Below are positions 14,773 through 32,088 of a stretch of DNA of 64,000 nucleotides, one piece after another. The notes under the pieces are model-generated. The model did not search any database. It saw only the letters and a program-made list of their open reading frames with translations, and had not been told where the DNA came from. A program made the position numbers and the translations under genes. How positions within the stretch are numbered: position 1 is the stretch's first letter; every line of letters starts with the position of its first letter. The stretch lies in the NCBI RefSeq assembly GCF_988243305.1, contig NZ_OZ547136.1. One strand, given 5' to 3'.

Positions 14773-15848
14773 TTTGGCTGGCCGAACATTTGGTCAAATA
14801 TTATTCCGGCTTTAACGTCTTTTCCTATCTGACGTTTCGCGCCATCGTCAGCCTGCTGACTGCGCTGTTCATCTCATTGTGGATGGGCCCGCGCATGATT
14901 GCTCATTTGCAAAAACTTTCCTTTGGTCAGGTGGTGCGTAACGACGGTCCTGAATCACACTTCAGCAAGCGCGGTACGCCGACCATGGGCGGGATTATGA
15001 TCCTGACAGCGATTGTGATCTCCGTGCTGCTGTGGGCTTATCCATCCAATCCGTACGTCTGGTGCGTACTGGTGGTGCTGGTAGGTTACGGCATCATTGG
15101 CTTTGTTGATGACTATCGCAAAGTGGTGCGTAAAGACACCAAGGGCCTGATTGCGCGCTGGAAGTATTTCTGGATGTCGGTGATCGCGCTGGGTGTTGCC
15201 TTCGCGCTGTACCTTGCCGGCAAAGACACGCCCGCAACGCAGCTGGTGGTTCCGTTCTTTAAAGATGTGATGCCGCAACTGGGGCTGTTCTACATTCTGC
15301 TGGCTTACTTCGTCATTGTGGGTACAGGCAACGCGGTAAACCTGACTGATGGTCTCGACGGTCTGGCAATTATGCCGACCGTATTTGTCGCCGGTGGTTT
15401 TGCGCTGGTGGCGTGGGCGACCGGCAACATGAACTTTGCCAGCTATTTACACATACCGTATCTACGACACGCCGGGGAACTGGTCATTGTCTGTACCGCG
15501 ATAGTCGGGGCAGGGCTGGGCTTCCTGTGGTTTAACACCTATCCGGCGCAGGTCTTTATGGGCGATGTCGGTTCGCTGGCGTTAGGTGGTGCGTTAGGTA
15601 TTATCGCCGTACTGCTGCGTCAGGAATTCCTGCTGGTGATTATGGGGGGCGTGTTCGTGGTAGAAACACTTTCCGTCATCCTGCAGGTCGGCTCCTTTAA
15701 ACTGCGCGGACAACGTATTTTCCGCATGGCACCGATTCATCACCACTATGAACTGAAAGGCTGGCCGGAACCGCGCGTCATTGTACGTTTCTGGATTATT
15801 TCGCTGATGCTGGTCCTGATTGGTCTGGCAACGCTGAAGGTACGTTAA
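14766..15848 (+). CDS. mraY: Phospho-MurNAc-pentapeptide translocase
   Basis: 360-aa polytopic membrane protein with conserved DDY and [10 protein letters not shown] motifs. Confidence 0.95.
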
Positions 15849-15850
15849 TC

Positions 15851-17167
15851 ATGGCTGATTACCAGGGTAAAAATGTCGTCATTATCGGCCTGGGCCTCAC
15901 CGGGCTTTCTTGCGTGGACTTTTTCCTCGCTCGCGGTGTGACGCCGCGCGTTATGGATACGCGTATGACACCGCCTGGCCTGGATAAATTACCCGAAGCT
16001 GTAGAACGCCACACGGGCGGTCTGAATGATGAATGGCTGATGGCGGCCGATCTGATTGTCGCCAGTCCCGGTATTGCACTGGCGCATCCATCCTTAAGCG
16101 CTGCCGCTGATGCCGGAATCGAAATCGTTGGCGATATCGAGCTGTTCTGTCGTGAATCACAAGCACCGATTGTGGCGATCACCGGTTCTAACGGCAAAAG
16201 TACGGTCACCACGCTAGTGGGTGAAATGGCGAAAGCGGCGGGGGTTAACGTTGGTGTGGGTGGCAATATTGGCCTGCCTGCGTTGATGCTGCTGGATGAT
16301 GAGTGCGAACTGTACGTGCTGGAGCTGTCGAGCTTCCAGCTTGAAACCACCTCCAGTTTACAGGCGGTAGCAGCGACCATTCTGAACGTGACTGAAGATC
16401 ATATGGATCGCTATCCGTTTGGTTTACAACAGTATCGTGCAGCAAAACTGCGCATTTACGAAAACGCGAAAGTTTGCGTGGTTAATGCTGATGATGCCTT
16501 AACAATGCCGATTCGCGGTGCGGATGAACGCTGCATCAGCTTTGGCGTCAACATGGGTGACTATCACCTGAATCATCAGCAGGGTGAAACCTGGCTGCGG
16601 GTGAAGGGCGAGAAAGTGCTGAACGTGAAAGAAATGAAACTTTCCGGGCAGCATAACTACACCAATGCACTGGCAGCTCTGGCACTGGCAGATGCCGCTG
16701 GTTTGCCGCGCGCCAGCAGCCTGAAAGCGTTAACCACATTCACTGGTCTGCCGCATCGCTTTGAAGTTGTGCTGGAGCATAACGGTGTGCGCTGGATTAA
16801 CGATTCAAAAGCGACCAACGTCGGCAGTACGGAAGCGGCACTGAATGGCCTGCACGTAGACGGCACGCTGCATTTGTTGCTGGGCGGCGATGGTAAATCG
16901 GCAGATTTTAGCCCACTGGCGCGTTACCTGAATGGCGATAACGTACGTCTGTATTGTTTCGGTCGGGACGGCGCGCAGCTGGCGGCGCTACGCCCGGAAG
17001 TGGCAGAACAAACCGAAACCATGGAACAGGCGATGCGCTTGCTGGCTCCGTGTGTTCAGCCGGGCGATATGGTTCTGCTCTCCCCGGCCTGTGCCAGCCT
17101 TGATCAGTTCAAGAACTTTGAACAACGAGGCAATGAGTTTGCCCGTCTGGCGAAGGAGTTAGGTTGA
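15851..17167 (+). CDS. murD: UDP-MurNAc-L-Ala--D-Glu ligase
   Basis: 438 aa; Rossmann N-terminus [10 protein letters not shown] and P-loop [12 protein letters not shown]. Confidence 0.95.
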
Positions 17168-18411
17168 TGCGTTTATCTCTCCCTCGCCTGAAAATGCCGC
17201 GCCTGCCAGGATTCAGTATTCTGGTCTGGATCTCCACGGCGCTAAAGGGCTGGGTGATGGGCTCGCGGGAAAAAGATACCGACAGCCTGATCATGTACGA
17301 TCGCACCTTACTGTGGCTGACCTTCGGCCTCGCGGCGATTGGCTTTATCATGGTGACCTCGGCGTCAATGCCCATCGGGCAACGCTTAACCAACGATCCG
17401 TTCTTCTTCGCGAAGCGTGATGGCGTCTATCTGATCCTGGCATTCATTCTGGCGATCATTACGCTGCGTCTGCCGATGGAATTCTGGCAACGTTACAGCG
17501 CTACGATGCTACTCGGATCTATCATCCTGTTGATGATCGTTCTGGTAGTGGGTAGCTCTGTTAAAGGGGCATCGCGTTGGATCGATCTCGGCTTGCTGCG
17601 TATCCAGCCTGCGGAGCTGACAAAACTGTCGCTGTTTTGCTATATCGCCAACTATCTGGTGCGTAAAGGCGACGAAGTACGTAATAACCTGCGCGGCTTC
17701 CTGAAACCGATGGGCGTGATTCTGGTGTTAGCAGTATTACTGCTGGCACAGCCAGACCTTGGTACGGTGGTGGTGTTGTTTGTGACTACGCTGGCGATGT
17801 TATTCCTGGCGGGAGCGAAATTGTGGCAGTTCATTGCCATTATCGGTATGGGCATTTCAGCGGTTGTGTTGCTGATCCTCGCCGAACCGTACCGTATCCG
17901 CCGTGTTACCGCATTCTGGAACCCGTGGGAAGATCCCTTTGGCAGCGGCTATCAGTTAACGCAATCGCTGATGGCGTTTGGTCGCGGCGAACTGTGGGGG
18001 CAAGGCTTAGGTAACTCGGTACAAAAACTGGAGTATCTGCCGGAAGCGCACACTGACTTTATTTTCGCCATTATCGGCGAAGAACTGGGGTATGTCGGTG
18101 TGGTGCTGGCACTTTTAATGGTATTCTTCGTCGCTTTTCGTGCGATGTCGATTGGCCGCAAAGCGTTAGAAATTGACCACCGTTTTTCCGGTTTTCTCGC
18201 CTGTTCCATTGGCATCTGGTTTAGCTTCCAGGCGCTGGTTAACGTAGGCGCGGCGGCGGGGATGTTACCGACCAAAGGTCTGACATTGCCGCTGATCAGT
18301 TACGGTGGTTCGAGCTTACTGATTATGTCGACAGCCATCATGATGCTGTTGCGTATTGATTATGAAACGCGTCTGGAGAAAGCGCAGGCGTTTGTACGAG
18401 GTTCACGATGA
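17167..18411 (+). CDS. ftsW: Cell division peptidoglycan polymerase FtsW (SEDS family)
   Basis: Polytopic membrane protein [28 protein letters not shown]...; ATG at 17167 overlaps the murD stop (TGATG); the ORF track's TTG at 17164 is an alternative start. Confidence 0.93.
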
Positions 18412-19475
18412 GTGGTCAAGGAAAGCGATTAATGGTGATGGCAGGCGGAACCGGTGGACATGTATTCCCGGGACTGGCGGTTGCGCACCATCTAATGGCT
18501 CAGGGTTGGCAAGTTCGCTGGCTGGGGACTGCCGACCGTATGGAAGCGGACTTAGTGCCAAAACATGGCATCGAAATTGATTTCATTCGTATCTCTGGTC
18601 TGCGTGGAAAAGGTATAAAAGCACTGATAGCTGCCCCGCTGCGTATCTTCAACGCCTGGCGTCAGGCGCGGGCGATTATGAAAGCGTACAAACCTGACGT
18701 GGTGCTCGGTATGGGCGGCTACGTATCAGGTCCAGGTGGTCTGGCCGCGTGGTCGTTAGGCATTCCGGTTGTGCTTCATGAACAAAACGGTATTGCGGGC
18801 TTAACCAATAAATGGCTGGCTAAGATTGCCACCAAAGTGATGCAGGCGTTTCCAGGCGCTTTCCCTAATGCGGAAGTGGTGGGTAACCCGGTGCGTACCG
18901 ATGTGCTGGCGCTGCCGTTGCCGCAGCAACGTTTGGCTGGACGTGAAGGTCCGGTTCGTGTGTTGGTAGTGGGGGGGTCCCAGGGCGCACGCATTCTTAA
19001 CCAGACAATGCCGCAGGTTGCTGCGAAACTGGGTGATTCAGTCACTATCTGGCATCAGAGCGGCAAAGGTTCGCAACAATCCGTTGAACAGGCGTATGCG
19101 GAAGCGGGGCAACCGCAGCATAAAGTGACGGAATTTATTGATGATATGGCGGCGGCGTATGCGTGGGCGGATGTCGTCGTTTGCCGCTCCGGTGCGTTAA
19201 CGGTGAGTGAAATCGCCGCGGCAGGACTACCGGCGTTGTTTGTGCCGTTTCAACATAAAGACCGCCAGCAATACTGGAATGCGCTACCGCTGGAAAAAGC
19301 GGGCGCAGCCAAAATTATCGAGCAGCCACAGCTTAGCGTGGATGCTGTCGCCAACACTCTGGCCGGGTGGTCGCGAGAAACCTTATTAACCATGGCAGAA
19401 CGCGCCCGCGCCGCATCCATTCCGGATGCCACCGAGCGAGTGGCAAATGAAGTGAGCCGGGCTGCCCGGGCGTAA
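18408..19475 (+). CDS. murG: UDP-GlcNAc:lipid I N-acetylglucosaminyltransferase
   Basis: 355 aa; [41 protein letters not shown] (GT28 family). Confidence 0.95.
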
Positions 19476-19528
19476 TTGTAGCGATGCCTTTTGCATCGTA
19501 TGAATTTAAGAAGTTAATGGCGTAAAGA

Positions 19529-21917
<2,389 letters not shown>

Positions 21918-21918
21918 T

Positions 21919-22749
21919 ATGTCGCAGGCTGCTCTGAACACGCGAAACAGCGAAGAAGAGGTTTCTTCTCGCCGCAATAATGGAACGCGTCTGGCGGGGA
22001 TCCTTTTCCTGCTGACCGTTTTAACGACAGTGTTGGTGAGCGGCTGGGTCGTGTTGGGCTGGATGGAAGATGCGCAACGCCTGCCGCTCTCAAAGCTGGT
22101 GTTGACCGGTGAACGCCATTACACGCGTAATGACGATATCCGGCAGTCGATCCTGGCATTGGGTGAGCCAGGTACCTTTATGACCCAGGATGTCAACATC
22201 ATCCAGACGCAAATAGAACAACGCCTGCCGTGGATTAAGCAGGTGAGCGTCAGAAAGCAGTGGCCTGATGAATTGAAGATTCATCTGGTTGAATATGTGC
22301 CGATTGCGCGGTGGAATGATCAACATATGGTAGACGCAGAAGGAAACACTTTCAGCGTGCCGCCAGATCGCACCAGCAAGCAGGTGCTTCCAATGCTGTA
22401 TGGCCCGGAAGGCAGCGCCAATGAAGTGTTGCAGGGCTATCGCGAAATGGGGCAGATGCTGGCAAAGGACAGATTTACTCTGAAGGAAGCGGCGATGACC
22501 GCGCGGCGTTCCTGGCAGTTGACGCTGAATAACGATATTAAGCTCAATCTTGGCCGGGGCGATACGATGAAACGTTTGGCTCGCTTTGTAGAACTTTATC
22601 CGGTTTTACAGCAGCAGGCGCAAACCGATGGCAAACGGATTAGCTACGTTGATTTGCGTTATGACTCTGGAGCGGCAGTAGGCTGGGCGCCCTTGCCGCC
22701 AGAGGAATCTACTCAGCAACAAAATCAGGCACAGGCAGAACAACAATGA
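21919..22749 (+). CDS. ftsQ: Cell division protein FtsQ
   Basis: 276 aa; bitopic with a POTRA-type periplasmic domain; [35 protein letters not shown]. Confidence 0.94.
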   Translation: MSQAALNTRNSEEEVSSRRNNGTRLAGILFLLTVLTTVLVSGWVVLGWMEDAQRLPLSKLVLTGERHYTRNDDIRQSILALGEPGTFMTQDVNIIQTQIEQRLPWIKQVSVRKQWPDELKIHLVEYVPIARWNDQHMVDAEGNTFSVPPDRTSKQVLPMLYGPEGSANEVLQGYREMGQMLAKDRFTLKEAAMTARRSWQLTLNNDIKLNLGRGDTMKRLARFVELYPVLQQQAQTDGKRISYVDLRYDSGAAVGWAPLPPEESTQQQNQAQAEQQ

Positions 22750-24008
22750 TCAAGGCGACGGACAGAAAACTGGTAGTAGGACTGGAGATTGGTACCGCGA
22801 AGGTTGCCGCTTTAGTAGGGGAAGTTCTGCCCGACGGTATGGTCAATATCATTGGCGTGGGCAGCTGCCCGTCGCGTGGTATGGATAAAGGCGGGGTGAA
22901 CGACCTCGAATCCGTGGTCAAGTGCGTACAACGCGCCATTGACCAGGCAGAATTGATGGCAGATTGTCAGATCTCTTCGGTATATCTGGCGCTTTCTGGT
23001 AAGCACATCAGCTGCCAGAATGAAATTGGTATGGTGCCTATTTCTGAAGAAGAAGTGACGCAAGAAGATGTGGAAAACGTCGTCCATACCGCGAAATCGG
23101 TGCGTGTGCGCGATGAACACCGTGTGCTGCATGTGATCCCGCAAGAGTATGCGATTGACTATCAGGAAGGGATCAAGAATCCGGTAGGACTTTCGGGCGT
23201 GCGGATGCAGGCAAAAGTGCACCTGATCACATGTCACAACGATATGGCGAAAAACATCGTCAAAGCGGTTGAACGTTGTGGGCTGAAAGTTGACCAACTG
23301 ATATTTGCCGGACTGGCATCAAGTTATTCGGTATTGACGGAAGATGAACGTGAACTGGGTGTCTGCGTCGTCGATATCGGTGGTGGTACAATGGATATCG
23401 CCGTTTATACCGGTGGGGCATTGCGCCACACTAAGGTAATTCCTTATGCTGGCAATGTCGTGACCAGTGACATCGCTTACGCCTTTGGCACGCCGCCAAG
23501 CGACGCCGAAGCGATTAAAGTTCGCCACGGTTGTGCGCTGGGTTCCATCGTTGGAAAAGATGAGAGCGTGGAAGTGCCGAGCGTAGGCGGTCGTCCACCG
23601 CGGAGTCTGCAACGTCAGACCCTGGCAGAGGTGATCGAGCCGCGCTATACCGAGCTGCTCAACCTGGTCAACGAAGAGATATTGCAGTTGCAGGAAAAGC
23701 TTCGCCAACAAGGGGTTAAACATCACCTGGCGGCAGGCATTGTTTTAACTGGTGGCGCAGCGCAGATCGAAGGTCTTGCAGCCTGTGCTCAGCGCGTGTT
23801 TCATACGCAAGTGCGTATCGGCGCGCCGCTGAACATTACCGGTTTAACGGATTATGCTCAGGAGCCGTATTATTCGACGGCGGTGGGATTGCTTCACTAT
23901 GGAAAAGAGTCACATCTTAACGGTGAAGCTGAAGTAGAAAAACGTGTTACAGCATCAGTTGGCTCGTGGATCAAGCGACTCAATAGTTGGCTGCGAAAAG
24001 AGTTTTAA
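22746..24008 (+). CDS. ftsA: Cell division protein FtsA (actin-like ATPase)
   Basis: 420 aa; [27 protein letters not shown]...; overlaps the ftsQ stop. Confidence 0.96.
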   Translation: MIKATDRKLVVGLEIGTAKVAALVGEVLPDGMVNIIGVGSCPSRGMDKGGVNDLESVVKCVQRAIDQAELMADCQISSVYLALSGKHISCQNEIGMVPISEEEVTQEDVENVVHTAKSVRVRDEHRVLHVIPQEYAIDYQEGIKNPVGLSGVRMQAKVHLITCHNDMAKNIVKAVERCGLKVDQLIFAGLASSYSVLTEDERELGVCVVDIGGGTMDIAVYTGGALRHTKVIPYAGNVVTSDIAYAFGTPPSDAEAIKVRHGCALGSIVGKDESVEVPSVGGRPPRSLQRQTLAEVIEPRYTELLNLVNEEILQLQEKLRQQGVKHHLAAGIVLTGGAAQIEGLAACAQRVFHTQVRIGAPLNITGLTDYAQEPYYSTAVGLLHYGKESHLNGEAEVEKRVTASVGSWIKRLNSWLRKEF

Positions 24009-24068
24009 TTTTTATGAGGCCGACGATGATTACGGCCTCAGGCGACAGGCACAAATCGGAGAGAAACT

Positions 24069-25220
24069 ATGTTTGAACCAATGGAACTTACCAATGACGC
24101 GGTGATTAAAGTCATCGGCGTCGGCGGCGGCGGCGGTAATGCTGTTGAACACATGGTGCGCGAGCGCATTGAAGGTGTTGAATTCTTCGCGGTAAATACC
24201 GATGCACAAGCGCTGCGTAAAACAGCGGTTGGACAGACGATTCAAATCGGTAGCGGTATCACCAAAGGACTGGGAGCTGGCGCTAATCCAGAAGTTGGCC
24301 GCAATGCGGCTGATGAGGATCGCGATGCACTGCGTGCGGCGCTGGAAGGTGCAGACATGGTCTTTATTGCTGCGGGTATGGGGGGTGGTACCGGTACAGG
24401 TGCAGCACCAGTCGTCGCTGAAGTGGCAAAAGATTTGGGTATCCTGACCGTTGCTGTCGTCACTAAGCCTTTCAACTTTGAAGGCAAGAAGCGTATGGCA
24501 TTCGCGGAGCAGGGGATCACTGAACTGTCCAAACATGTGGACTCTCTGATCACTATCCCGAACGACAAACTGCTGAAAGTTCTGGGCCGCGGTATCTCCC
24601 TGCTGGATGCGTTTGGCGCAGCGAACGACGTACTGAAAGGCGCAGTGCAAGGTATCGCCGAACTGATTACTCGTCCGGGTTTGATGAACGTGGACTTTGC
24701 AGACGTACGCACCGTAATGTCTGAAATGGGCTACGCAATGATGGGTTCTGGCGTGGCGAGTGGTGAAGACCGTGCGGAAGAAGCTGCTGAAATGGCTATC
24801 TCTTCTCCGCTGCTGGAAGATATCGACCTGTCTGGCGCACGCGGCGTGCTGGTTAACATCACGGCGGGCTTCGACCTGCGTCTGGATGAGTTCGAAACGG
24901 TAGGTAACACCATCCGTGCATTTGCTTCCGACAACGCGACTGTGGTTATCGGTACTTCTCTTGACCCGGATATGAATGACGAGCTGCGCGTAACTGTTGT
25001 TGCGACAGGTATCGGCATGGACAAACGTCCTGAAATCACTCTGGTGACCAATAAGCAGGTTCAGCAGCCAGTGATGGATCGCTACCAGCAGCACGGGATG
25101 GCTCCGCTGACCCAGGAGCAGAAGCCGGTTGCTAAAGTCGTGAATGACAATGCGCCGCAAACTGCGAAAGAGCCGGATTATCTGGATATCCCAGCATTCC
25201 TGCGTAAGCAAGCTGATTAA
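24069..25220 (+). CDS. ftsZ: Cell division GTPase FtsZ
   Basis: 383 aa; tubulin signature GGGTGTG and N-terminus [26 protein letters not shown]. Confidence 0.97.
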
Positions 25221-25299
25221 GAATTGACTGGAATTTGGGTTTCGAGGCTCTTTGTGCTAAACTGGCCCGCCGAATGTATAGTACACTTCGGTTGGATAG

Positions 25300-26238
<939 letters not shown>

Positions 26239-26300
26239 CGACATTTATACTGTCGTATAAAATTCGACTGGCAAATCTGGCACTCTCTCCGGCCAGGTGA

Positions 26301-26981
<681 letters not shown>

Positions 26982-27042
26982 CAACAATAAACCTTTACTT
27001 CATTTTATTGACTCCGCAACGCGGGGCGTTTGAGATTTTATT

Positions 27043-29748
27043 ATGCTAATCAAATTATTAACTAAAGTTTTCGGTAGTCGTAACGATCGCACCCTGCGCC
27101 GGATGCGCAAAGTGGTTAACATCATCAATGCCATGGAACCGGAGATGGAAAAACTCTCCGACGAAGAACTGAAAGGGAAAACCGCAGAGTTTCGTGCACG
27201 TCTGGAAAAAGGCGAAGTGCTGGAAAATCTGATCCCGGAAGCTTTCGCCGTGGTGCGTGAGGCAAGTAAGCGCGTCTTTGGTATGCGTCACTTCGACGTT
27301 CAGTTACTCGGCGGTATGGTTCTTAACGAACGCTGCATCGCCGAAATGCGTACCGGTGAAGGTAAAACCCTGACCGCAACGCTGCCTGCTTACCTGAACG
27401 CATTAACCGGTAAGGGCGTACACGTTGTTACCGTCAACGACTACCTGGCGCAACGTGACGCCGAAAACAACCGTCCGCTGTTTGAATTCCTTGGCCTGAC
27501 TGTCGGTATCAACCTGCCGGGCATGCCAGCACCGGCGAAGCGTGAAGCTTACGCAGCTGACATCACTTACGGTACGAACAACGAATACGGCTTTGACTAC
27601 CTGCGCGATAACATGGCGTTCAGCCCTGAAGAACGTGTACAGCGTAAACTGCACTATGCGCTGGTGGACGAAGTGGACTCCATCCTGATCGATGAAGCTC
27701 GTACACCGCTGATCATTTCCGGCCCGGCAGAAGACAGCTCGGAAATGTATAAACGCGTGAATAAAATTATTCCGCACCTGATCCGTCAGGAAAAAGAAGA
27801 CTCCGAAACCTTCCAGGGCGAAGGCCACTTCTCGGTGGACGAAAAATCTCGCCAGGTGAACCTGACCGAACGTGGTCTGGTGCTGATTGAAGAACTGCTG
27901 GTGAAAGAAGGCATCATGGATGAAGGGGAGTCTCTGTACTCTCCGGCAAACATCATGCTGATGCACCACGTAACGGCGGCGCTGCGCGCTCATGCGCTGT
28001 TTACCCGCGACGTCGATTACATCGTTAAAGATGGTGAAGTTATCATCGTTGACGAACACACCGGTCGTACCATGCAGGGGCGTCGCTGGTCCGATGGTCT
28101 GCACCAGGCTGTGGAAGCGAAAGAAGGTGTGCAGATCCAGAACGAAAACCAAACGCTGGCGTCGATCACCTTCCAGAACTACTTCCGTCTGTATGAAAAA
28201 CTGGCGGGGATGACTGGTACTGCTGATACCGAAGCTTTCGAATTCAGCTCCATCTATAAGCTGGATACCGTCGTTGTTCCGACCAACCGTCCAATGATTC
28301 GTAAAGATCTGCCGGACCTGGTCTACATGACTGAAGCAGAAAAAATTCAGGCGATCATTGAAGATATCAAAGAACGTACTGCGAAAGGCCAGCCGGTGCT
28401 GGTGGGTACTATCTCCATCGAAAAATCTGAGCTGGTGTCAAACGAACTGACCAAAGCCGGTATTAAGCACAACGTCCTGAACGCCAAATTCCACGCCAAC
28501 GAAGCGGCGATTGTTGCTCAGGCAGGTTATCCGGCTGCGGTGACTATCGCGACCAACATGGCGGGTCGTGGTACAGATATTGTGCTCGGTGGTAGCTGGC
28601 AGGCAGAAGTTGCCGCGCTGGAAAATCCGACCGCAGAGCAAATTGAAAAAATTAAAGCCGACTGGCAGGTACGTCACGATGCGGTACTGGCAGCAGGTGG
28701 CCTGCATATCATCGGTACCGAGCGTCACGAATCCCGTCGTATCGATAACCAGTTGCGCGGTCGTTCTGGTCGTCAGGGGGATGCTGGTTCTTCCCGTTTC
28801 TACCTGTCGATGGAAGATGCGCTGATGCGTATTTTTGCTTCCGACCGAGTATCCGGCATGATGCGTAAACTGGGTATGAAGCCAGGCGAAGCCATTGAAC
28901 ACCCGTGGGTGACTAAAGCGATTGCCAACGCCCAGCGTAAAGTTGAAAGTCGTAACTTCGACATTCGTAAGCAACTGCTGGAATATGATGACGTGGCTAA
29001 CGATCAGCGTCGCGCCATTTACTCCCAGCGTAACGAACTGCTGGATGTCAGCGATGTGAGCGAAACCATCAACAGCATTCGTGAAGATGTGTTCAAAGCG
29101 ACCATTGATGCCTACATTCCACCACAGTCGCTGGAAGAAATGTGGGATATTCCGGGGCTGCAGGAACGTCTGAAGAACGATTTCGACCTCGATTTACCAA
29201 TTGCTGAGTGGCTGGATAAAGAACCAGAACTGCATGAAGAGACGCTGCGTGAGCGCATTCTGGCGCAGTCCATCGAAGTGTATCAGCGTAAAGAAGAAGT
29301 GGTTGGTGCAGAGATGATGCGTCACTTCGAGAAAGGCGTCATGCTGCAAACGCTTGACTCCCTGTGGAAAGAGCACCTGGCAGCGATGGACTATCTGCGT
29401 CAGGGTATCCACCTGCGTGGCTATGCACAGAAAGATCCGAAGCAGGAATACAAACGTGAATCGTTCTCCATGTTTGCAGCGATGCTGGAGTCGTTGAAAT
29501 ATGAAGTTATCAGCACGCTGAGCAAAGTTCAGGTACGTATGCCTGAAGAGGTTGAGGAGCTGGAACAACAGCGTCGTATGGAAGCCGAGCGTTTAGCGCA
29601 AATGCAGCAGCTTAGCCATCAGGATGACGACTCTGCAGCCGCAGCTGCACTGGCGGCGCAAACCGGTGAACGCAAAGTAGGACGTAACGATCCTTGCCCG
29701 TGCGGTTCTGGTAAAAAATACAAGCAGTGCCATGGTCGCCTGCAATAA
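27043..29748 (+). CDS. secA: Preprotein translocase ATPase SecA
   Basis: 901 aa; [26 protein letters not shown]..., Walker A MRTGEGKT and C-terminal zinc-binding [14 protein letters not shown]. Confidence 0.97.
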   Translation: MLIKLLTKVFGSRNDRTLRRMRKVVNIINAMEPEMEKLSDEELKGKTAEFRARLEKGEVLENLIPEAFAVVREASKRVFGMRHFDVQLLGGMVLNERCIAEMRTGEGKTLTATLPAYLNALTGKGVHVVTVNDYLAQRDAENNRPLFEFLGLTVGINLPGMPAPAKREAYAADITYGTNNEYGFDYLRDNMAFSPEERVQRKLHYALVDEVDSILIDEARTPLIISGPAEDSSEMYKRVNKIIPHLIRQEKEDSETFQGEGHFSVDEKSRQVNLTERGLVLIEELLVKEGIMDEGESLYSPANIMLMHHVTAALRAHALFTRDVDYIVKDGEVIIVDEHTGRTMQGRRWSDGLHQAVEAKEGVQIQNENQTLASITFQNYFRLYEKLAGMTGTADTEAFEFSSIYKLDTVVVPTNRPMIRKDLPDLVYMTEAEKIQAIIEDIKERTAKGQPVLVGTISIEKSELVSNELTKAGIKHNVLNAKFHANEAAIVAQAGYPAAVTIATNMAGRGTDIVLGGSWQAEVAALENPTAEQIEKIKADWQVRHDAVLAAGGLHIIGTERHESRRIDNQLRGRSGRQGDAGSSRFYLSMEDALMRIFASDRVSGMMRKLGMKPGEAIEHPWVTKAIANAQRKVESRNFDIRKQLLEYDDVANDQRRAIYSQRNELLDVSDVSETINSIREDVFKATIDAYIPPQSLEEMWDIPGLQERLKNDFDLDLPIAEWLDKEPELHEETLRERILAQSIEVYQRKEEVVGAEMMRHFEKGVMLQTLDSLWKEHLAAMDYLRQGIHLRGYAQKDPKQEYKRESFSMFAAMLESLKYEVISTLSKVQVRMPEEVEELEQQRRMEAERLAQMQQLSHQDDDSAAAAALAAQTGERKVGRNDPCPCGSGKKYKQCHGRLQ

Positions 29749-29765
29749 AAGCTAACAGTTGAAGT

Positions 29766-29794
29766 AAAAGGCGCAGGATTCTGCGCCTTTTTTA
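29766..29794 (+). terminator. Rho-independent terminator after secA
   Basis: Hairpin ggcgcag-gatt-ctgcgcc followed by tttttt. Confidence 0.7.
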
Positions 29795-29807
29795 TAGGTT
29801 TAAGACA

Positions 29808-30206
29808 ATGAAAAAGCTGCAAATTGCGGTAGGTATTATTCGCAACGAGAACAATGAAATCTTTATAACGCGTCGCGCAGCAGATGCGCACATGGCGAAT
29901 AAACTGGAGTTTCCCGGCGGTAAAATTGAAATGGGCGAAACGCCGGAACAGGCGGTGGTGCGTGAACTTCAGGAAGAGGTCGGGATTACCCCACAACATT
30001 TTTCGCTATTTGAAAAACTGGAATATGAATTCCCGGACAGGCATATAACACTGTGGTTTTGGCTGGTCGAAAGCTGGGAAGGGGAGCCGTGGGGTAAAGA
30101 AGGGCAACCCGGTGAGTGGATGTCGCTGGTCGGTCTGATTGCCGATGATTTTCCGCCAGCCAATGAACCGGTAATTGCGAAGCTTAAGCGTGTGTATGTC
30201 GGATAG
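29808..30206 (+). CDS. mutT: 8-oxo-dGTP diphosphatase (Nudix)
   Basis: MKKLQIAVGIIRNENNEIFITRRAADAHMANKLEFPGGKIEMGETPEQAVVRELQEEVGI (Nudix box); the ORF is 132 aa and the exact C-terminus should be checked against a reference. Confidence 0.92.
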   Translation: MKKLQIAVGIIRNENNEIFITRRAADAHMANKLEFPGGKIEMGETPEQAVVRELQEEVGITPQHFSLFEKLEYEFPDRHITLWFWLVESWEGEPWGKEGQPGEWMSLVGLIADDFPPANEPVIAKLKRVYVG

Positions 30207-30293
30207 GTGTTTATGCCGCATCCAACATTTGCACAAGATGCCCGATGCGACGCTGGCGCGTCTTATCAGGCCAGCGTCGCATCAGACAAAATG

Positions 30294-30491
30294 TCACTGC
30301 TTTGGCTCTTCGCTCCAGTCATCGCTTTCGGAAAGATCGCCACTGCTGGGGATTCGTTTTTCTTCAGCAGCCCATTCTCCGAGGTCGATCAGCTGGCAAC
30401 GTTTGGAACAAAATGGCCGAAACGGGCTGATTTCACCCCACACCACCGTTTTCCCGCAGGTTGGGCAATTCACCGTAATAGTTTCTGACAT
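30294..30491 (-). CDS. yacG: DNA gyrase inhibitor YacG (zinc finger)
   Basis: 65 aa; [40 protein letters not shown] (Cys4 zinc finger). Confidence 0.9.
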
Positions 30492-30500
30492 TTTTACTCC

Positions 30501-31244
30501 TTAGCAACAGGCCAGTTCGAAATCCAGACGTTCCGGTACCTGTCCGTTTTCACTGTCCAGCGGCATAAAACGAATGGCAAAACGGCTCTTATGACCGGAA
30601 ATTTGCGGATAAAGCTGTGAATCGAGCGACAGATTCAGACGCAGCAAGTCGGCATCGCCACCGTTATCCTGATAAAAACCATTCAGGCTGGTTTGTTTAC
30701 GGAAGGGGGCCGACTGGCGAATTAAATCCAGCACCATGGTAAGTGCCTGGGTGAGCGGGTTCAGGCTGGCAATCCAGGTTTCTACCTGGCTGTCGCGCTG
30801 CGCCTGGGGTAGATGCAGCCAAATGTGCAATGTAGGTAAATCAAAGCTACAACAGCCGCCTGGGATGCTCAGTCGCTGACGCACCAGAGCAATCAAACGA
30901 TCTTCACGCAGAAATTGCCCGATACGCGGCGCGGAAATTAATACGCTCCCCGCCGCTTTTAACTGCTGAATTAATGCTTCAATACGGCTCTGGTCCACGC
31001 CAGGCACGCCAATCCAGGTCTGGAGTTTACGTTGCTGCCGGTCAAGTTCTTTCAACAGCTCAGTGCGGACTTCGCCGCGCTCGAAAACATCCAGTAATTC
31101 ACTGACATTACGGAAGAAATGCAGCGCGCCAGCGTGGTCAACGATGGGTAGATTAACGGTGAGTTGCTGAATCAAAAACTCAATGCGCAGCCATGTACGC
31201 ATTTTTTCATTTAGTGGATGTTCAAAAAGGACCTGGGTCTGCAT
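30501..31244 (-). CDS. zapD: Cell division factor ZapD
   Basis: 247 aa; [28 protein letters not shown]... Confidence 0.92.
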
Positions 31245-31864
31245 TACGGTTTTTCCTGTGAGACAAACTGCGACGCAAGCTGCAAATAGTGTGCGTGCAG
31301 GCGGGCAACATCCGATGCGATAGCATCCGGTGCGCCGTTATTATCAATGACGTCATCTGCCACGGCAAGGCGGGCTTCGCGCGTTGCCTGAGCAGCAAGG
31401 ATTTGTTCAACATGCTCGCGAGTTACATCATCGCGCTGCATGGTGCGCTTAAGTTGCGTTTCTGGGCTGACATCCACCACCAGCACTCGATTCGCTTTTT
31501 TATACAGTGAGTTTTCTACCAGCAATGGCACAACCCATAGTACATAGGGGGAAGTAGCTTGCTGGATCTGGTGTTGCGTCTCTTGCTGAATCAGCGGATG
31601 CAGCAGGGCGTTAAGCCAGTTTTTCTCTTCCGGGTTGGCGAAGATCCGCTCGCGCAAGGCCCGGCGCTGCAATGTTCCATCAGCAGCAATCATGTTAGCG
31701 CCAAAGTGATCAGCAATGGCATGTAGCGCAGGTGCACCTGGTTCAACCACCTGACGCGCAATAATATCGGCATCAATGACGTTAATTCCGAGATCAGCAA
31801 ACGCATTGGCAACGGTACTCTTGCCACTGCCAATGCCTCCCGTTAAGGCAACTATATACCTCAT
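31244..31864 (-). CDS. coaE: Dephospho-CoA kinase
   Basis: 206 aa; [22 protein letters not shown] (P-loop). Confidence 0.94.
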
Positions 31865-32088
31865 AATTTATATTCCCGGGAATTCATCATGATTATCAAA
31901 ACGTTAAAAATGAGCGCACGAAAGCGAAATTGATGAAACGTTCGCTCACTATTTACCAGGTAAATTTATGGGATTGTAGCGTAAAAAAAGACAATTTCGC
32001 AGTCTTGCGCCGCATTGATTAGTGCGTATGATAGCGTCACTGGAGTTGCGCTCTTACCCTTATAGCCATTAACCCCAGGAATCCGCAC

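Noticed and set aside
24030..25211. 393-aa minus-strand ORF overlapping ftsZ (and similar antisense ORFs 53507..54958 in acnB, 47566..48795 in aceF, 49669..50526 in lpd, 5114..5872 in ilvI, 27403..28152 in secA, 25543..26115 in lpxC, 6768..7256 in cra)
   Set aside because: All lie antisense within confidently identified genes and translate to low-complexity Cys/His/Arg-rich sequences typical of shadow ORFs.
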